From NCBI GenBank assembly GCA_038213805.1, contig JBBQSO010000032.1, positions 1 to 52,253 on the forward strand: a DNA stretch of 52,253 nucleotides. Reading direction: 5' to 3'. The stretch's first letter is position 1, and each line of letters begins with the position of its first letter. Positions 38,093 to 48,357 of the stretch are shown here, one piece after another. Source of the stretch: Planctomycetota bacterium. Its GTDB lineage: Bacteria; Planctomycetota; UBA11346. A program made the translations under genes and the position numbers. The notes beneath the pieces were generated by a model. It did not search any database. It was not told the DNA's origin and saw only the letters and a program-made list of their open reading frames with translations.

Positions 38093-39174
38093 GGGTTGGC
38101 CTCCGCGGTCGGGCTCGGCGCGGCGAGCAGGTCGGGCGTGCTCAGGACGCGCCAGTCATCGCGTTCCGGATCGGGGTTGGCCTCGGCGCGCGCGGTGTCG
38201 GCGGCGACGCGGACGAGCGCGCGCAGCTCCTCGAGCAGCGCGTCGAGGCCGGCCTGGTCGATGAGGCCTTCGGCCAGCGCCGCGGCCTGCGCCAGTTCGA
38301 CGCCATCGCCGAAACGCGCCTTGAGCTCGGCCGGCATGTAGCGCGCATCGTCGTGCGAGCCGTGGCCGGCGAGGCGCAGCAGCGAGGCGACCACCATCTG
38401 CGGACCTTCGCCGCGCCGCGCCGCAGCGATCGCACCGCCGACCGCGACCAGGGAATCGACCGCATCGGTGCCATCGCAGGACCAGCCGCGCAGGCCATAG
38501 CCGAGCGCGCGGTCGACGAGATCGCGGCACGCGAAGCTGCGGTCGTTGAAGGTACTGTAGCTCACCTGGTTGTTGGCCACCACCAGGACAAAGGGCAGCT
38601 TCTCGATCGCGACGACGTTGAGCGCCTCGTGCAGCGCGCCGGTGGCGGTGCCGCCATCGCCGATGGAGGTGATGCCGATGCAACTGTCGGGATAGGCGAG
38701 AGCGCCGCGCAGGCGCCGCGCCATCAGCACGCCCGCGACCGCGGACGGCATGGCGCCGAGGTGGCTGATCATCGGCAGCATGCCCTTGGCGAGCTCGCCG
38801 CGATGGGCGTTGCCATCGCGCCCGCGCATCGGACCGGTGACCTTGCCGAGGTGGGTGCGGATGACATCCAGCGGGGTCTCGCCGAAGGCCAGGCGCGCGG
38901 CCTGGTCGCGGATCAGGGGCGCGAAGATGTCGCCGATGGCGCCCGGTCCCGGCGCGCGCAGATGCACGCCCATCGCAGACGCGAGCACCTCCTGCCCGCG
39001 GCTGGTGAAGACGTTGCCCGGCACCTGCGCCGAATTGTAGAGCGTGAGCAGGCGATCGTCGACGATGCGCGCGAGCAGGGCCCAGCGCAGGTGGGCGAGG
39101 CGTAACTCGCGCGACAACCCGGCGCGCCCGGCGAGCAGGCGCATGGCGTCGCCGATGGAGCGCGAGGGGGTCAT
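38089..39174 (-). CDS. 2-oxoacid dehydrogenase E1 alpha subunit
   Basis: GQE, PLIRD, TPP motif GDGGTATG.LHEALN...NN, and RLAGHGSHDD.RY. Confidence 0.92.
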   Translation of the reverse strand: MTPSRSIGDAMRLLAGRAGLSRELRLAHLRWALLARIVDDRLLTLYNSAQVPGNVFTSRGQEVLASAMGVHLRAPGPGAIGDIFAPLIRDQAARLAFGETPLDVIRTHLGKVTGPMRGRDGNAHRGELAKGMLPMISHLGAMPSAVAGVLMARRLRGALAYPDSCIGITSIGDGGTATGALHEALNVVAIEKLPFVLVVANNQVSYSTFNDRSFACRDLVDRALGYGLRGWSCDGTDAVDSLVAVGGAIAAARRGEGPQMVVASLLRLAGHGSHDDARYMPAELKARFGDGVELAQAAALAEGLIDQAGLDALLEELRALVRVAADTARAEANPDPERDDWRVLSTPDLLAAPSPTAEANP

Positions 39175-40187
39175 CCACGCCCCCAGGTCAGGTAGGAGGC
39201 GCCCCAGGTAAGGCCCCCGCCGAAGGCGACCACCAGCACCCGCGTGCCGTTGGTGAGCCGGCCGTCGGTCCAGGCGTCGGCGAGTGCCAGCGGGATGGTG
39301 CCGGCGGTGGTGTTGCCGACGCGCTCGATGTTCACCACCACGCGCTCCATGGGCAGGCCCAGGCGCTGGGCGGTCGGCTCGATGATGCGCAGGTTGGCCT
39401 GGTGCGGCACCAGCAGGTCGATGTCGGCGGTGGTCAGGCCGAGTTCACCGAGCAGTTCGTTGCACACCTCGGCCATGCGCCGGATCGCCTGGGTGAAGAC
39501 GTGGCGGCCGTTCTGCTTCACGTACTGCATGCCCGCGGCCAGCGTCGCCGGGGAAGGACGCAGCGCCGAGCCGGAGCTGGGAATGCACAGCTCACCCCCG
39601 CCCGCGCCGTCGGAACGCAGGGCGAAACCGACCAGGCCGGGGCCATCGGCCGGGCCGGCTTCGAGCAGCAGCGCGCCGCAGCCATCGCCGAACAGGATGC
39701 AGGTGTTGCGGTCGCTGTAATCGACCAGGCTGGACATCACGTCGCCGCCGACCACCAGGATGCGCTTGGCGCGTCCCGCCTCGATGAAGCAGGCGGCGGT
39801 CGAGAGCGCAGCCACGAAGCCGTTGCAGGCATTGGCCATGTCGTAGGCGAAGGCCTTGCCGGCGCCCAGCTGATGCTGCAGCAGGTTGGCCGTGGTCGGC
39901 ATGATCTGGTCGCCCGAGATGGTGGCGACGATGATCCCATCAAGCTCGCTGGCGCTGACTCCGGCCCGCTCAAGGCACTGCTGTGCAGCGGGCAGGGCCA
40001 GAGAACTCAAGCCTTGCCCCGGCGCGCAGATGCGGCGTTCGCGGATGCCGGTGCGCGAAACGATCCACTCATCGTTGGTGTCGACCAGCCGGGCCAGGTC
40101 GGCATTGGTCAGGCGCAGTTCGGGCAGAGCCGAGCCGATGGCCACGCACTGGGCGCGGGCGAGACTGCGGCGAGCGGAGACCGGCAT
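39171..40187 (-). CDS. fabH: 3-oxoacyl-ACP synthase III
   Basis: DTNDEWI.SRTGI.ERR, NACNGF (Cys), FGDG, PHQAN (His), GNTTAG (Asn) and FGGGLTWG. Start approximate. Confidence 0.93.
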   Translation of the reverse strand: MPVSARRSLARAQCVAIGSALPELRLTNADLARLVDTNDEWIVSRTGIRERRICAPGQGLSSLALPAAQQCLERAGVSASELDGIIVATISGDQIMPTTANLLQHQLGAGKAFAYDMANACNGFVAALSTAACFIEAGRAKRILVVGGDVMSSLVDYSDRNTCILFGDGCGALLLEAGPADGPGLVGFALRSDGAGGGELCIPSSGSALRPSPATLAAGMQYVKQNGRHVFTQAIRRMAEVCNELLGELGLTTADIDLLVPHQANLRIIEPTAQRLGLPMERVVVNIERVGNTTAGTIPLALADAWTDGRLTNGTRVLVVAFGGGLTWGASYLTWGRG

Positions 40188-40260
40188 CCACCAACTCCCG
40201 GGTGCGCTTGGAGGCGTGGAAGCATAGAGCGGTGGGGGAGGGCGCAAGGCTAGGGGGAGG

Positions 40261-40410
40261 GTCCGGCAGTCCCGGGGTCCGGAAGTCCGGAAGTCGATAA
40301 CAAATGCCGGAAGTCCAGGCATCGCCCCGAGTTCCCGCTGCCGTCGGAGAGCCGCACCGGACCCGGTCACACGAGACTTCCGGACCCCGGACTTCCGGAC
40401 TTCCGGACCC
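40261..40410. repeat. Fold-back element, GTCCGGAA family, copy 5
   Basis: Left arm 40261-40296, right arm 40375-40410, spacer of 78 bp. Lies between divergent genes. Confidence 0.93.
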
Positions 40411-40460
40411 TCTCCCCATGATCCCTCTGGCGCTTTCGCGGTCGGGCATTGAATGCCGCC

Positions 40461-41354
40461 ATGTCCGAGATGGCTGCTCCGCGACGATGGCGTCGCATCG
40501 TGCTATGGGTCGTGGGGGTGCTGGGGCTCATGCTCGTGGTGGCGGTGGTGGTGGCGTTCTGGGCGGCGCCCGGAGTGGCGGTGCGCGTGGCGCAGGGGCA
40601 TTTGCCCTACGTGGTCGCCTTTCCGGAGGGGCAGGTGGTGATCGCGGCGGTGGCCACGCGGCCGGCTGGTGGACATCCGGAGTGCCAGGTCGAGGTGACG
40701 CCGCGGCGCGCGCGGCTGCTCGCCCAGGCGGCGCTCGCGCGCTGGCTGCCGGGGGGGCTGGTGCGCTCCGGGCAATGCGTCGACGGCCAGCTTGCCCTGC
40801 CGGGGCTGCGCGCGCGGCCGCTGTCCTGGCAGCTGCTGGCGGGCGGCATGGACGACGCTCCGCAGCTCAGCCTGCGCGTGCCGGCGGCGGATCTCGACCG
40901 GGTGCTGCTGGAGCGCGCGGTGACCGAGTCCGCGCTGCCCGGCGGGGCGACCATGCAGGTCACCTATGTCGTCGACGAGGGCACCATCGACGACGACGAC
41001 CTGCCGGGCCACCCGCCGCTGGTGCGGCGCTTCAAAGTGGTCGCCCGCGGGCGGATCATCGTCGAGGCCTTCCGCTTGCGCCGCGTCATCGAGGTGCGGC
41101 GCATCGCCGGCCATGCCCTGGCCACTTTTGTGCCCGAGGGGGGTCTGCTGCACCTCGGCTGCACCGTGGCCATCGAGGAGGCCGAGGCGGACGAGCTCAA
41201 GCTGCCGCTCATCGGCGATCTCCAGGGCGTGCTCCTCCAGCAGCTTGAGGCGGCCTCCAACCGCGGCTTGGCCAAGGGCCTGGCGCGCGCCCTGCTACCG
41301 ACGTGGTTCCCGACGGATGTGCAGGTCGCGGTCGAGGTGACGCCGAGTCTGTGA
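40461..41354 (+). CDS. Hypothetical membrane-anchored protein
   Basis: Basic N-terminus followed by a TM helix (IVLWVVGVLGLMLVVAVVVAFW). No motif recognised. Confidence 0.65.
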   Translation: MSEMAAPRRWRRIVLWVVGVLGLMLVVAVVVAFWAAPGVAVRVAQGHLPYVVAFPEGQVVIAAVATRPAGGHPECQVEVTPRRARLLAQAALARWLPGGLVRSGQCVDGQLALPGLRARPLSWQLLAGGMDDAPQLSLRVPAADLDRVLLERAVTESALPGGATMQVTYVVDEGTIDDDDLPGHPPLVRRFKVVARGRIIVEAFRLRRVIEVRRIAGHALATFVPEGGLLHLGCTVAIEEAEADELKLPLIGDLQGVLLQQLEAASNRGLAKGLARALLPTWFPTDVQVAVEVTPSL

Positions 41355-41355
41355 G

Positions 41356-41426
41356 GTGCGGAGTGCGGAGTGCGGGATCCGCACCGCGCACCGCGCACCG
41401 CGCACCGCGCACTCCGCACTCCGCAC
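41356..41426. repeat. Spacer-less fold-back element, GTGCGGA/TCCGCAC heptamer
   Basis: GTGCGGA GTGCGGA GTGCGGG A TCCGCAC (CGCGCAC)4 (TCCGCAC)2. Confidence 0.92.
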
Positions 41427-41494
41427 CATGCCTCCCGTATCCCAGTCTTGCAACCCCGGCCTGCGACCAACACTACGCGGCCCGGAGAAGCCCC

Positions 41495-42985
<1,491 letters not shown>

Positions 42986-43012
42986 ACTCGCGGAAGAGCG
43001 CGAGTCTCGAGG

Positions 43013-43206
43013 GATCGAACAGGAGCCGCGGAGACGCGGAGAACGGAGGAGGACGTCAGGTGGCTGATGGCCGGGGTCCCCCGCTCGGCCGCTCCCATGA
43101 CGTCGCACCACGCGGAATGAGGGCTGCGAAACCGCAATCGTGCTGTGACCGGGTGCGACCGGAGCTGGCCTCCAGCTCGTCTGGTCTCAGCGTCTGCTGT
43201 CCGATC
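43013..43206. repeat. MITE-like element with imperfect 23-bp terminal inverted repeats
   Basis: GATCGAACAGGAGCCGCGGAGAC (43013-43035) versus the reverse complement of 43184-43206, GATCGGACAGCAGACGCTGAGAC (19/23). Internal (CGCGGAGA)2. Confidence 0.65.
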
Positions 43207-43221
43207 AGGAGCATGCGTTGA

Positions 43222-44067
43222 TCACGGTGCCTTGGCTGGCTCGCCTTCGCCTGCAGTCGCATCGAGCTGCGGGATCAGGATCCCATCCCCCGGGAATTCC
43301 GGGATCTTGGCGATCACCGCCTTGGCTAGGCCGCTCTTGAGCAGGGCCTGGTCCGGCTCGACGAATTGGGCGCTGGGCAGCTTCTGCACATAGCCGATGA
43401 TCGCGTCCTGGATGAGCGGGGCCTTGGCTTCGAGGCTCTTGGCCAGGGCGGGGTCCTTGAAGAACAGCGCGAGACCCAGCACCAGCTGGCGCTTGGCCCC
43501 GCCCTCGATGGTGCGGTTGAGGGTCAATGGCGGCAGGCGGATCAGCACCGGGCCGTCGATCGGGGTGGTGGCTGGCGCGGCAGCGGGCTTGGCGGCATCG
43601 GCGGGCGCGGGCGCGGGCGCGGCGCCGGGCTCGCCGCTGGGCGGGGCGGTGAGCTTGGCGGGCTCGGCCTGGTAGGCGAGCAGGTCGAGGACCAGCTGCT
43701 CGCGCGCGTGGCTGGTCATGGTGGGCGGCAGCATGGCGATGGTTTCGAGCAGCGGCTCGCGCGCAGTCAGCGCGGCGAGCAGCGCTTGGCGCAGGATCTC
43801 CTCGTCGGCCTTGCCGAGCTTGCCGCGCGCGTGGCGCTGGGCGATCTGCATGAGCGCGTCGAGGTCGCGCTGGTGGTAGGTGTAGCGCCCTTCGGCGACC
43901 ACTGCCGCGGTCGGATCGAGCGCGGCGGGCGCGCGGGGCGCTTCCGCCGGTTTGACGTCCGCGGGCTTGGCCTCGGGGGGCGCCGGCTTCGGCGGCACGA
44001 CCTCCGCAGCGCCGAGTGCGGCGGGCAGGACGAGGGCGGCGAGCAGGATGGCGATGCGATGGATCAT
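43222..44067 (-). CDS. Secreted protein with C-terminal FliL-like domain
   Basis: Signal peptide and Pro/Ala linkers. C-terminus LPPLTLN...RQLVLGLAL...LEAKAPLIQDAII...LKSGL...GILI follows the FliL pattern. Confidence 0.6.
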   Translation of the reverse strand: MIHRIAILLAALVLPAALGAAEVVPPKPAPPEAKPADVKPAEAPRAPAALDPTAAVVAEGRYTYHQRDLDALMQIAQRHARGKLGKADEEILRQALLAALTAREPLLETIAMLPPTMTSHAREQLVLDLLAYQAEPAKLTAPPSGEPGAAPAPAPADAAKPAAAPATTPIDGPVLIRLPPLTLNRTIEGGAKRQLVLGLALFFKDPALAKSLEAKAPLIQDAIIGYVQKLPSAQFVEPDQALLKSGLAKAVIAKIPEFPGDGILIPQLDATAGEGEPAKAP

Positions 44068-44218
44068 GGTAAACCTCCCGGCCAGGAATGGCGGTGACAA
44101 TACGGCCTGGAGGTGTCCCGGGGAACCGGCGTTCCGCGCTTCCTTCGTTGCCCGGGGGCTGGCAGCTCACTCAGCCGCTGGCTCCCTGACGCAGCAGGCC
44201 CGGCGGGGCGCGTAGAAC

Positions 44219-44327
44219 TTAACGCAGAGGGCGCAGTGGCGATGGAGGCAGGAGGGGGTTCCAGTGCTGCTCTCACGGTGCGGGCTCTCACGCAGGTCCG
44301 GCTCGTTCAGGTTGTCCTCTGCGTTAA
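44219..44327. repeat. Small element with perfect 12-bp inverted ends TTAACGCAGAGG
   Basis: TTAACGCAGAGG at 44219-44230 and CCTCTGCGTTAA at 44316-44327. Confidence 0.75.
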
Positions 44328-44361
44328 AAATATCCGCGCATCCCATCCAGATCGACGACCC

Positions 44362-45534
44362 TCATTTCAGCAAAAGATAGTACAGCTGCCCCTCAGCGAA
44401 CTGGGAACCAGCGCGCGCCTCGGCGCCGTCGCCTTCGCCCATGTAGAAATCGCAGCGCCCGGCGGCGCGGATCGCTCCGCCAGAGTCCTGGTCGACGCGC
44501 ATGGTGGCGCCGCTTGGCACCACCGCGATGCAGGCGGCGCCGGGTGGGAAGATGCTCTTGTCGGTGGCGACGCTGATGTCGGTGGTGACCGGCACGCCGA
44601 GCTTGCCGAAGGGGCCGCCGCTGACCTGGCGGCAGAAGGCGACGCGCGGGTTGCGCGCGAGGTACTCGGGCAGTTCGGCGGGATGGGCGTGGAAATACGC
44701 GCGGATGGTGGCGAGCGAGAGGTCCTCGCGGGCGATCTTGCCCTCCTTGACCAGATCGAGACCGATCGAGTGGTACGCGTAGTTGTTGGTGCCGCTGTTG
44801 CCGACCTCGAAGAGGTGGCCAGAGGTGAGGTGGAGCTTGGCCGAGCCCTGGATCTCGACGATGTAGGCTTCGTAGGGATCGGCGAACCACACCAGTTCAT
44901 GACCGCGCAGCGCGCCGCTGGCGATGAGCGCAGCGCGCGGCGGGTAGGGACGCATGGAGCCGTCCGGCTGGCGCTGCTGGGCGGGCTCCTGAGCGTTGCG
45001 CGGGGCGGGCACAAGGTCGTCGGGGCGCAGGTAGATGGGGTACTGGAACTCGGCAGTGCGGGTCAGGCTGGCGGTGAAGATCGGCGTGTAGTAACCGGTG
45101 AACAGCACCGTGCCGCGGCGGTCGAAGCCGACGCTCTGCATGACCTGGAAGCGGCTGCGCAGTGCGGCATCGAAGGCCGCGTCGTCCGCGCCGCTGCGCA
45201 GCAGCTCGGCGAGCGCCTGCAGGCTGCGCTCGACCTGCTCATGGGTGATGCCGGACACCGGGTACTGCTGCTCGGAGTCCTTGTGGCCGAGCCAGGTCAG
45301 GCTGCGCGCGACCGCGGCGAGCAGCGCCGGGCGCTGCGCCAAGGTGATGGCCGGCACCTGGCTGAAGTCGCCGTGCATCAGCGCGGCCTCGCCGGGCGCC
45401 AGCGGCCGGTTGTAGTCCTGCATGGTGCGCTTGGCCACCGGGGCGGGAGCGGGCGGCGCCTCCTTGCGCGAGCGGCAGCCCACGGTGGCGAGGACGAGCA
45501 GGAGGATCAGCCAGCCGAGCGTGACGGTGCGCAT
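44362..45534 (-). CDS. mltA: Membrane-bound lytic murein transglycosylase A (lipoprotein)
   Basis: Lipobox TVGC, FTGYYTP, EIQGS, NPR.AF, SVATD, and 3D domain DSGGAI...RCDFYMG.G. Confidence 0.9.
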   Translation of the reverse strand: MRTVTLGWLILLLVLATVGCRSRKEAPPAPAPVAKRTMQDYNRPLAPGEAALMHGDFSQVPAITLAQRPALLAAVARSLTWLGHKDSEQQYPVSGITHEQVERSLQALAELLRSGADDAAFDAALRSRFQVMQSVGFDRRGTVLFTGYYTPIFTASLTRTAEFQYPIYLRPDDLVPAPRNAQEPAQQRQPDGSMRPYPPRAALIASGALRGHELVWFADPYEAYIVEIQGSAKLHLTSGHLFEVGNSGTNNYAYHSIGLDLVKEGKIAREDLSLATIRAYFHAHPAELPEYLARNPRVAFCRQVSGGPFGKLGVPVTTDISVATDKSIFPPGAACIAVVPSGATMRVDQDSGGAIRAAGRCDFYMGEGDGAEARAGSQFAEGQLYYLLLK

Positions 45535-45779
45535 GGCGCGCGAGCGTTGCGACGCCCGGCCGTACCGCAAGGTCGAGGTTGGCGGAGCGCAGTCCAGCTG
45601 CTCCGCCATTCAGGGGATTTTTACCGCCACGCCGCCCAGACGCGACGCGGACACCGGGTGGGCTGGAGCGGTCGCACTCCGCAACTCGCGCGCTCATCCT
45701 GGGGCGGACTGCGAATGGCTGGCGGACGTTGGTGTCTTGGCGGCTTGGCGCTAAAATCCCGGTAATCCCGGGCCGATCC

Positions 45780-46430
45780 TCAAGGAGCTTGAGCCGGAGG
45801 TTGAGCCGGAGCCGGAGCTTGAGTCGGAGCCGGGGCCGGAGCCGCTGCAGCGGGCGGCATTACGGGCCAGGCGCCGGTCGCGCCCTCCAGCCAGGCGGCA
45901 ATGGTCAGGGCGGCGTTCTGCGCGGCATCGTGCAGGGCGGCGGCCTCATCGAAGGATTCCAGAGCGACCGTTCCGGGTTTGCCGGCGATCCCGGGCACGG
46001 CGGTCAGGCCGTTGGCGTAGCCGGTGCCCTCATAGCCGGAATAGAGGTTGCCACGCCGGGCGGTGAGCAACGCCTGGCCGTGCAAGGTGATGCTCCAGCG
46101 GCTTGGGATGTCGCGATTGACGGTGGTACCGACGGTGTTTATGCGCTCCATCTGCAGGGTCAGGGCCAGGCGGGCGCTGCCAGTGGGGCTGACGCGCCAG
46201 CCGAGCTTCTCGACCAGAGCCTCGGCCACCGCCTGCTGCAGATACGCCTGGGCGCGCACCAGGCGCGCGTCATTGCTGGTGATGACCACGCGCACCGGCT
46301 CTTCGAGGTCAGCGGGACGCGCCACGCGGTAGCATCCGGCCAGGGTCAGCGCGGCGAGCACGAGCAGCACGCCGCTGCGGCGCCACGCCGTGCGCGGGCC
46401 GTCGGCCCGGGCCGGACGTGGCGGGCTCAT
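45780..46430 (-). CDS. LptE-like lipoprotein
   Basis: Start ATG 46430 (ATGA overlap). Lipobox LAGC-YR, about 216 aa, directly follows the BamD-like gene. PA/QA-rich tail. Confidence 0.65.
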   Translation of the reverse strand: MSPPRPARADGPRTAWRRSGVLLVLAALTLAGCYRVARPADLEEPVRVVITSNDARLVRAQAYLQQAVAEALVEKLGWRVSPTGSARLALTLQMERINTVGTTVNRDIPSRWSITLHGQALLTARRGNLYSGYEGTGYANGLTAVPGIAGKPGTVALESFDEAAALHDAAQNAALTIAAWLEGATGAWPVMPPAAAAPAPAPTQAPAPAQPPAQAP

Positions 46431-47635
46431 TTCGGCGGCGCCAGCGGCAACGGCGTGCCGAGGGGGTTGGCCTGGGGGGCGGGCAGGACGTCGAGTTCGG
46501 CTTGGGCCTGGCGGGCCTGGTTCGAGCCGCTGTCGCGCTTGATGGTCTGCGTGAAATAGTAGCGCGCCGCGCCGTGCCAGGGCGGGTCGGCGGTGCCGGG
46601 CGAGCGCAGCCAGCCGGTCGCAGGGTCGGCCATGGCGCGGTACCAGCGCGCGACCTCGAGGTCGCGGTCCTGGTGCCACGAGCGGATGCGCTTGCGGTAG
46701 GCCTCGACGGTGGCGATGCGCTTGGGGTCGGCGTGGGCCTCGACTTCGGCCTGGTCGATGATGTTGGCGGCGTTGAAGAGCACGCCGACGTCGTAGTGGT
46801 TGCCCTTGTAGGCGACCAGATAGCTGAGCGCCTGCTCGCACAGCGCGGTGAACACCAGCTCGTGGGTCGGGTAGGTCTCGAGGAACTTCTCGTATTCGCG
46901 GCGCGCCTGGCTGAGCTCCTGCTTGTCCTTGGTGCGCAGCAGGGCGCGCGCCAGACCGACCTGGGCGCGCGGGGCGATGGTCTCGCGGTCGCCGTGGACG
47001 AGCAGGAAGCGGAACAGTTTGTTGATGTCGCCGCTGTACGCGGTGCCGCCCAGGCGGATGACCTCGTCGGGGTCGTCCGCCTCGAGGTCGACCAGCGCGC
47101 TGAAGTCCTGCTCGTGCTCGGCGGCGGTCAGCGCCTCGTCGAGGACGGCGGTCATGTGCGGGTAGTCGGGCTGGTAGAACCACAACTTGAAGACCGTGCC
47201 GTGCACGCCGCTGATGTCGCCGCGTTGGGCGTAGCAGGTGTTCACGAAGGCGAGCAGGTCGCCGCTCGCCGCGCAGTACGGGTAGCGCTCGAAGCCGGCG
47301 TCGGCGAGGCGGCGGGCACGCTTGGTGCGGCCGAAGAGAAAGCTGTACCAGCTTTCATCCGGCTGGCTGTGGCCGGTGGCGAGCACCTCCTTGGCCTCGA
47401 CCAGGTAGGCGGCGCCGCGCCGCTCGTAGGCCGCATCGGGGGTGTAATGGGTGCGACCGATGATGTAGGAGGCGGCGTCGACCTGGATCTTGTCGAGGTA
47501 TTTGCTCTCGATGTCGGCGTCATCCTCGTCCAGTGCAGGATTGGACTTGGGGCCATCCACGGCGCCCGCCGTGCCGGCCAGCAGGGCCAGGGTGGCCAGG
47601 GCCAGCGTACGCAGGAGGAGCGAGGCGAAGGACAT
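46427..47635 (-). CDS. BamD-like TPR outer-membrane assembly protein
   Basis: Signal peptide, TPR helices (ARREYEKFLETYP, GNHYDV), DLEVARWY, and AARYYF...I......A.QA..EL. Confidence 0.72.
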   Translation of the reverse strand: MSFASLLLRTLALATLALLAGTAGAVDGPKSNPALDEDDADIESKYLDKIQVDAASYIIGRTHYTPDAAYERRGAAYLVEAKEVLATGHSQPDESWYSFLFGRTKRARRLADAGFERYPYCAASGDLLAFVNTCYAQRGDISGVHGTVFKLWFYQPDYPHMTAVLDEALTAAEHEQDFSALVDLEADDPDEVIRLGGTAYSGDINKLFRFLLVHGDRETIAPRAQVGLARALLRTKDKQELSQARREYEKFLETYPTHELVFTALCEQALSYLVAYKGNHYDVGVLFNAANIIDQAEVEAHADPKRIATVEAYRKRIRSWHQDRDLEVARWYRAMADPATGWLRSPGTADPPWHGAARYYFTQTIKRDSGSNQARQAQAELDVLPAPQANPLGTPLPLAPPK

Positions 47636-47693
47636 GGGCGCGAAGTGTGCAGGGCAGGGGGGAAGAGCAAGGCGGGGGAGGTCGCTGGGCACG

Positions 47694-47865
47694 GGACCCG
47701 AGACTCTAGACCTTGGACCCTAGACCCTAGACCCTAGACCCCAGACCCTAGACCGGTTCCGACGTTAGGCTGCGTGATCGCAGACCCTGTCATTCCAACA
47801 TCCCACGAATTCCGGGTTCCACCCCATCAGCAAGCCTAGGGTCTAGGGTCTCGGGTCTAGGGTCT
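47694..47865. repeat. Fold-back element, AGACCCT/AGGGTCT heptamer family
   Basis: About 9 phased units at 47694-47754 and 4 inverted units at 47838-47865, with a spacer of about 80 bp. Confidence 0.93.
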
Positions 47866-47943
47866 CCAACACGAAGTGTGCACTTTCTCCACGCCAACCG
47901 CCCAGGTCCTCCCTTGGAACGGGCAGAAACCGCCGCTTGGCGA

Positions 47944-47960
47944 TTGGAACACCGCGTGCG
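47944..47960 (+). promoter_or_regulatory. Putative sigma54 (-24/-12) promoter of the flgB operon
   Basis: TTGGAACACCGCGTGC with GG (47946-47947)-N10-GC (47958-47959), 30 nt before the flgB ATG. SD GGAGG. Confidence 0.55.
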
Positions 47961-47989
47961 TTCGCTCTGTCAGAAGGTGGGAGGTGGCC

Positions 47990-48355
47990 ATGCCCTTGGA
48001 CGAGCAGATGAGCATCCTGGCGAAGCTGATGGACGTGTCGACCATGCGCGCGCAGGTCCACGCCGGCAACATCGCCAACCAGAACACCCCGGGCTACAAG
48101 ACCCGCGCGGTGGCCTTCGATCAGGCCTTCCAGGCGGCCCTGGCCGGCGACAGCGGGGAGGACCCCGAGGCGGTCCAGCCGACCATCTACGAGCCGCACG
48201 CCACGCCGGTGCAGGTCGATGGCAACGATGTCGCCCTGGCCGACCAGATCATGGGTGCGGCGAAGAATTCCACCATGTATGATGCCTATATCGCGATGGC
48301 GAAGGGCAAGATGCGTCTGCTCGGCATCGCTGCCGGCCAGTCGCCGGGAGGCTGA
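47990..48355 (+). CDS. flgB: Flagellar basal-body rod protein FlgB
   Basis: R.QV.A.NIANQNTPGYK...V.F and DGNDV.L..Q....KN...Y. Confidence 0.92.
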   Translation: MPLDEQMSILAKLMDVSTMRAQVHAGNIANQNTPGYKTRAVAFDQAFQAALAGDSGEDPEAVQPTIYEPHATPVQVDGNDVALADQIMGAAKNSTMYDAYIAMAKGKMRLLGIAAGQSPGG

Positions 48356-48357
48356 TC

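Noticed and set aside
44136..44195. Partial TPP-riboswitch resemblance on the minus strand (GGGAGCC..GGCTGAG...CGAAGGAA)
   Set aside because: It lacks the ACCTGAT/P4-P5 core and the downstream gene is unrelated to thiamine. An Rfam cmscan would settle it.
45785..45844. GAGCCG-based repeats at the end of the LptE-like gene
   Set aside because: In-frame hexamer multiples encoding a PA/QA tail, with no inverted partner, so ordinary low-complexity coding DNA.
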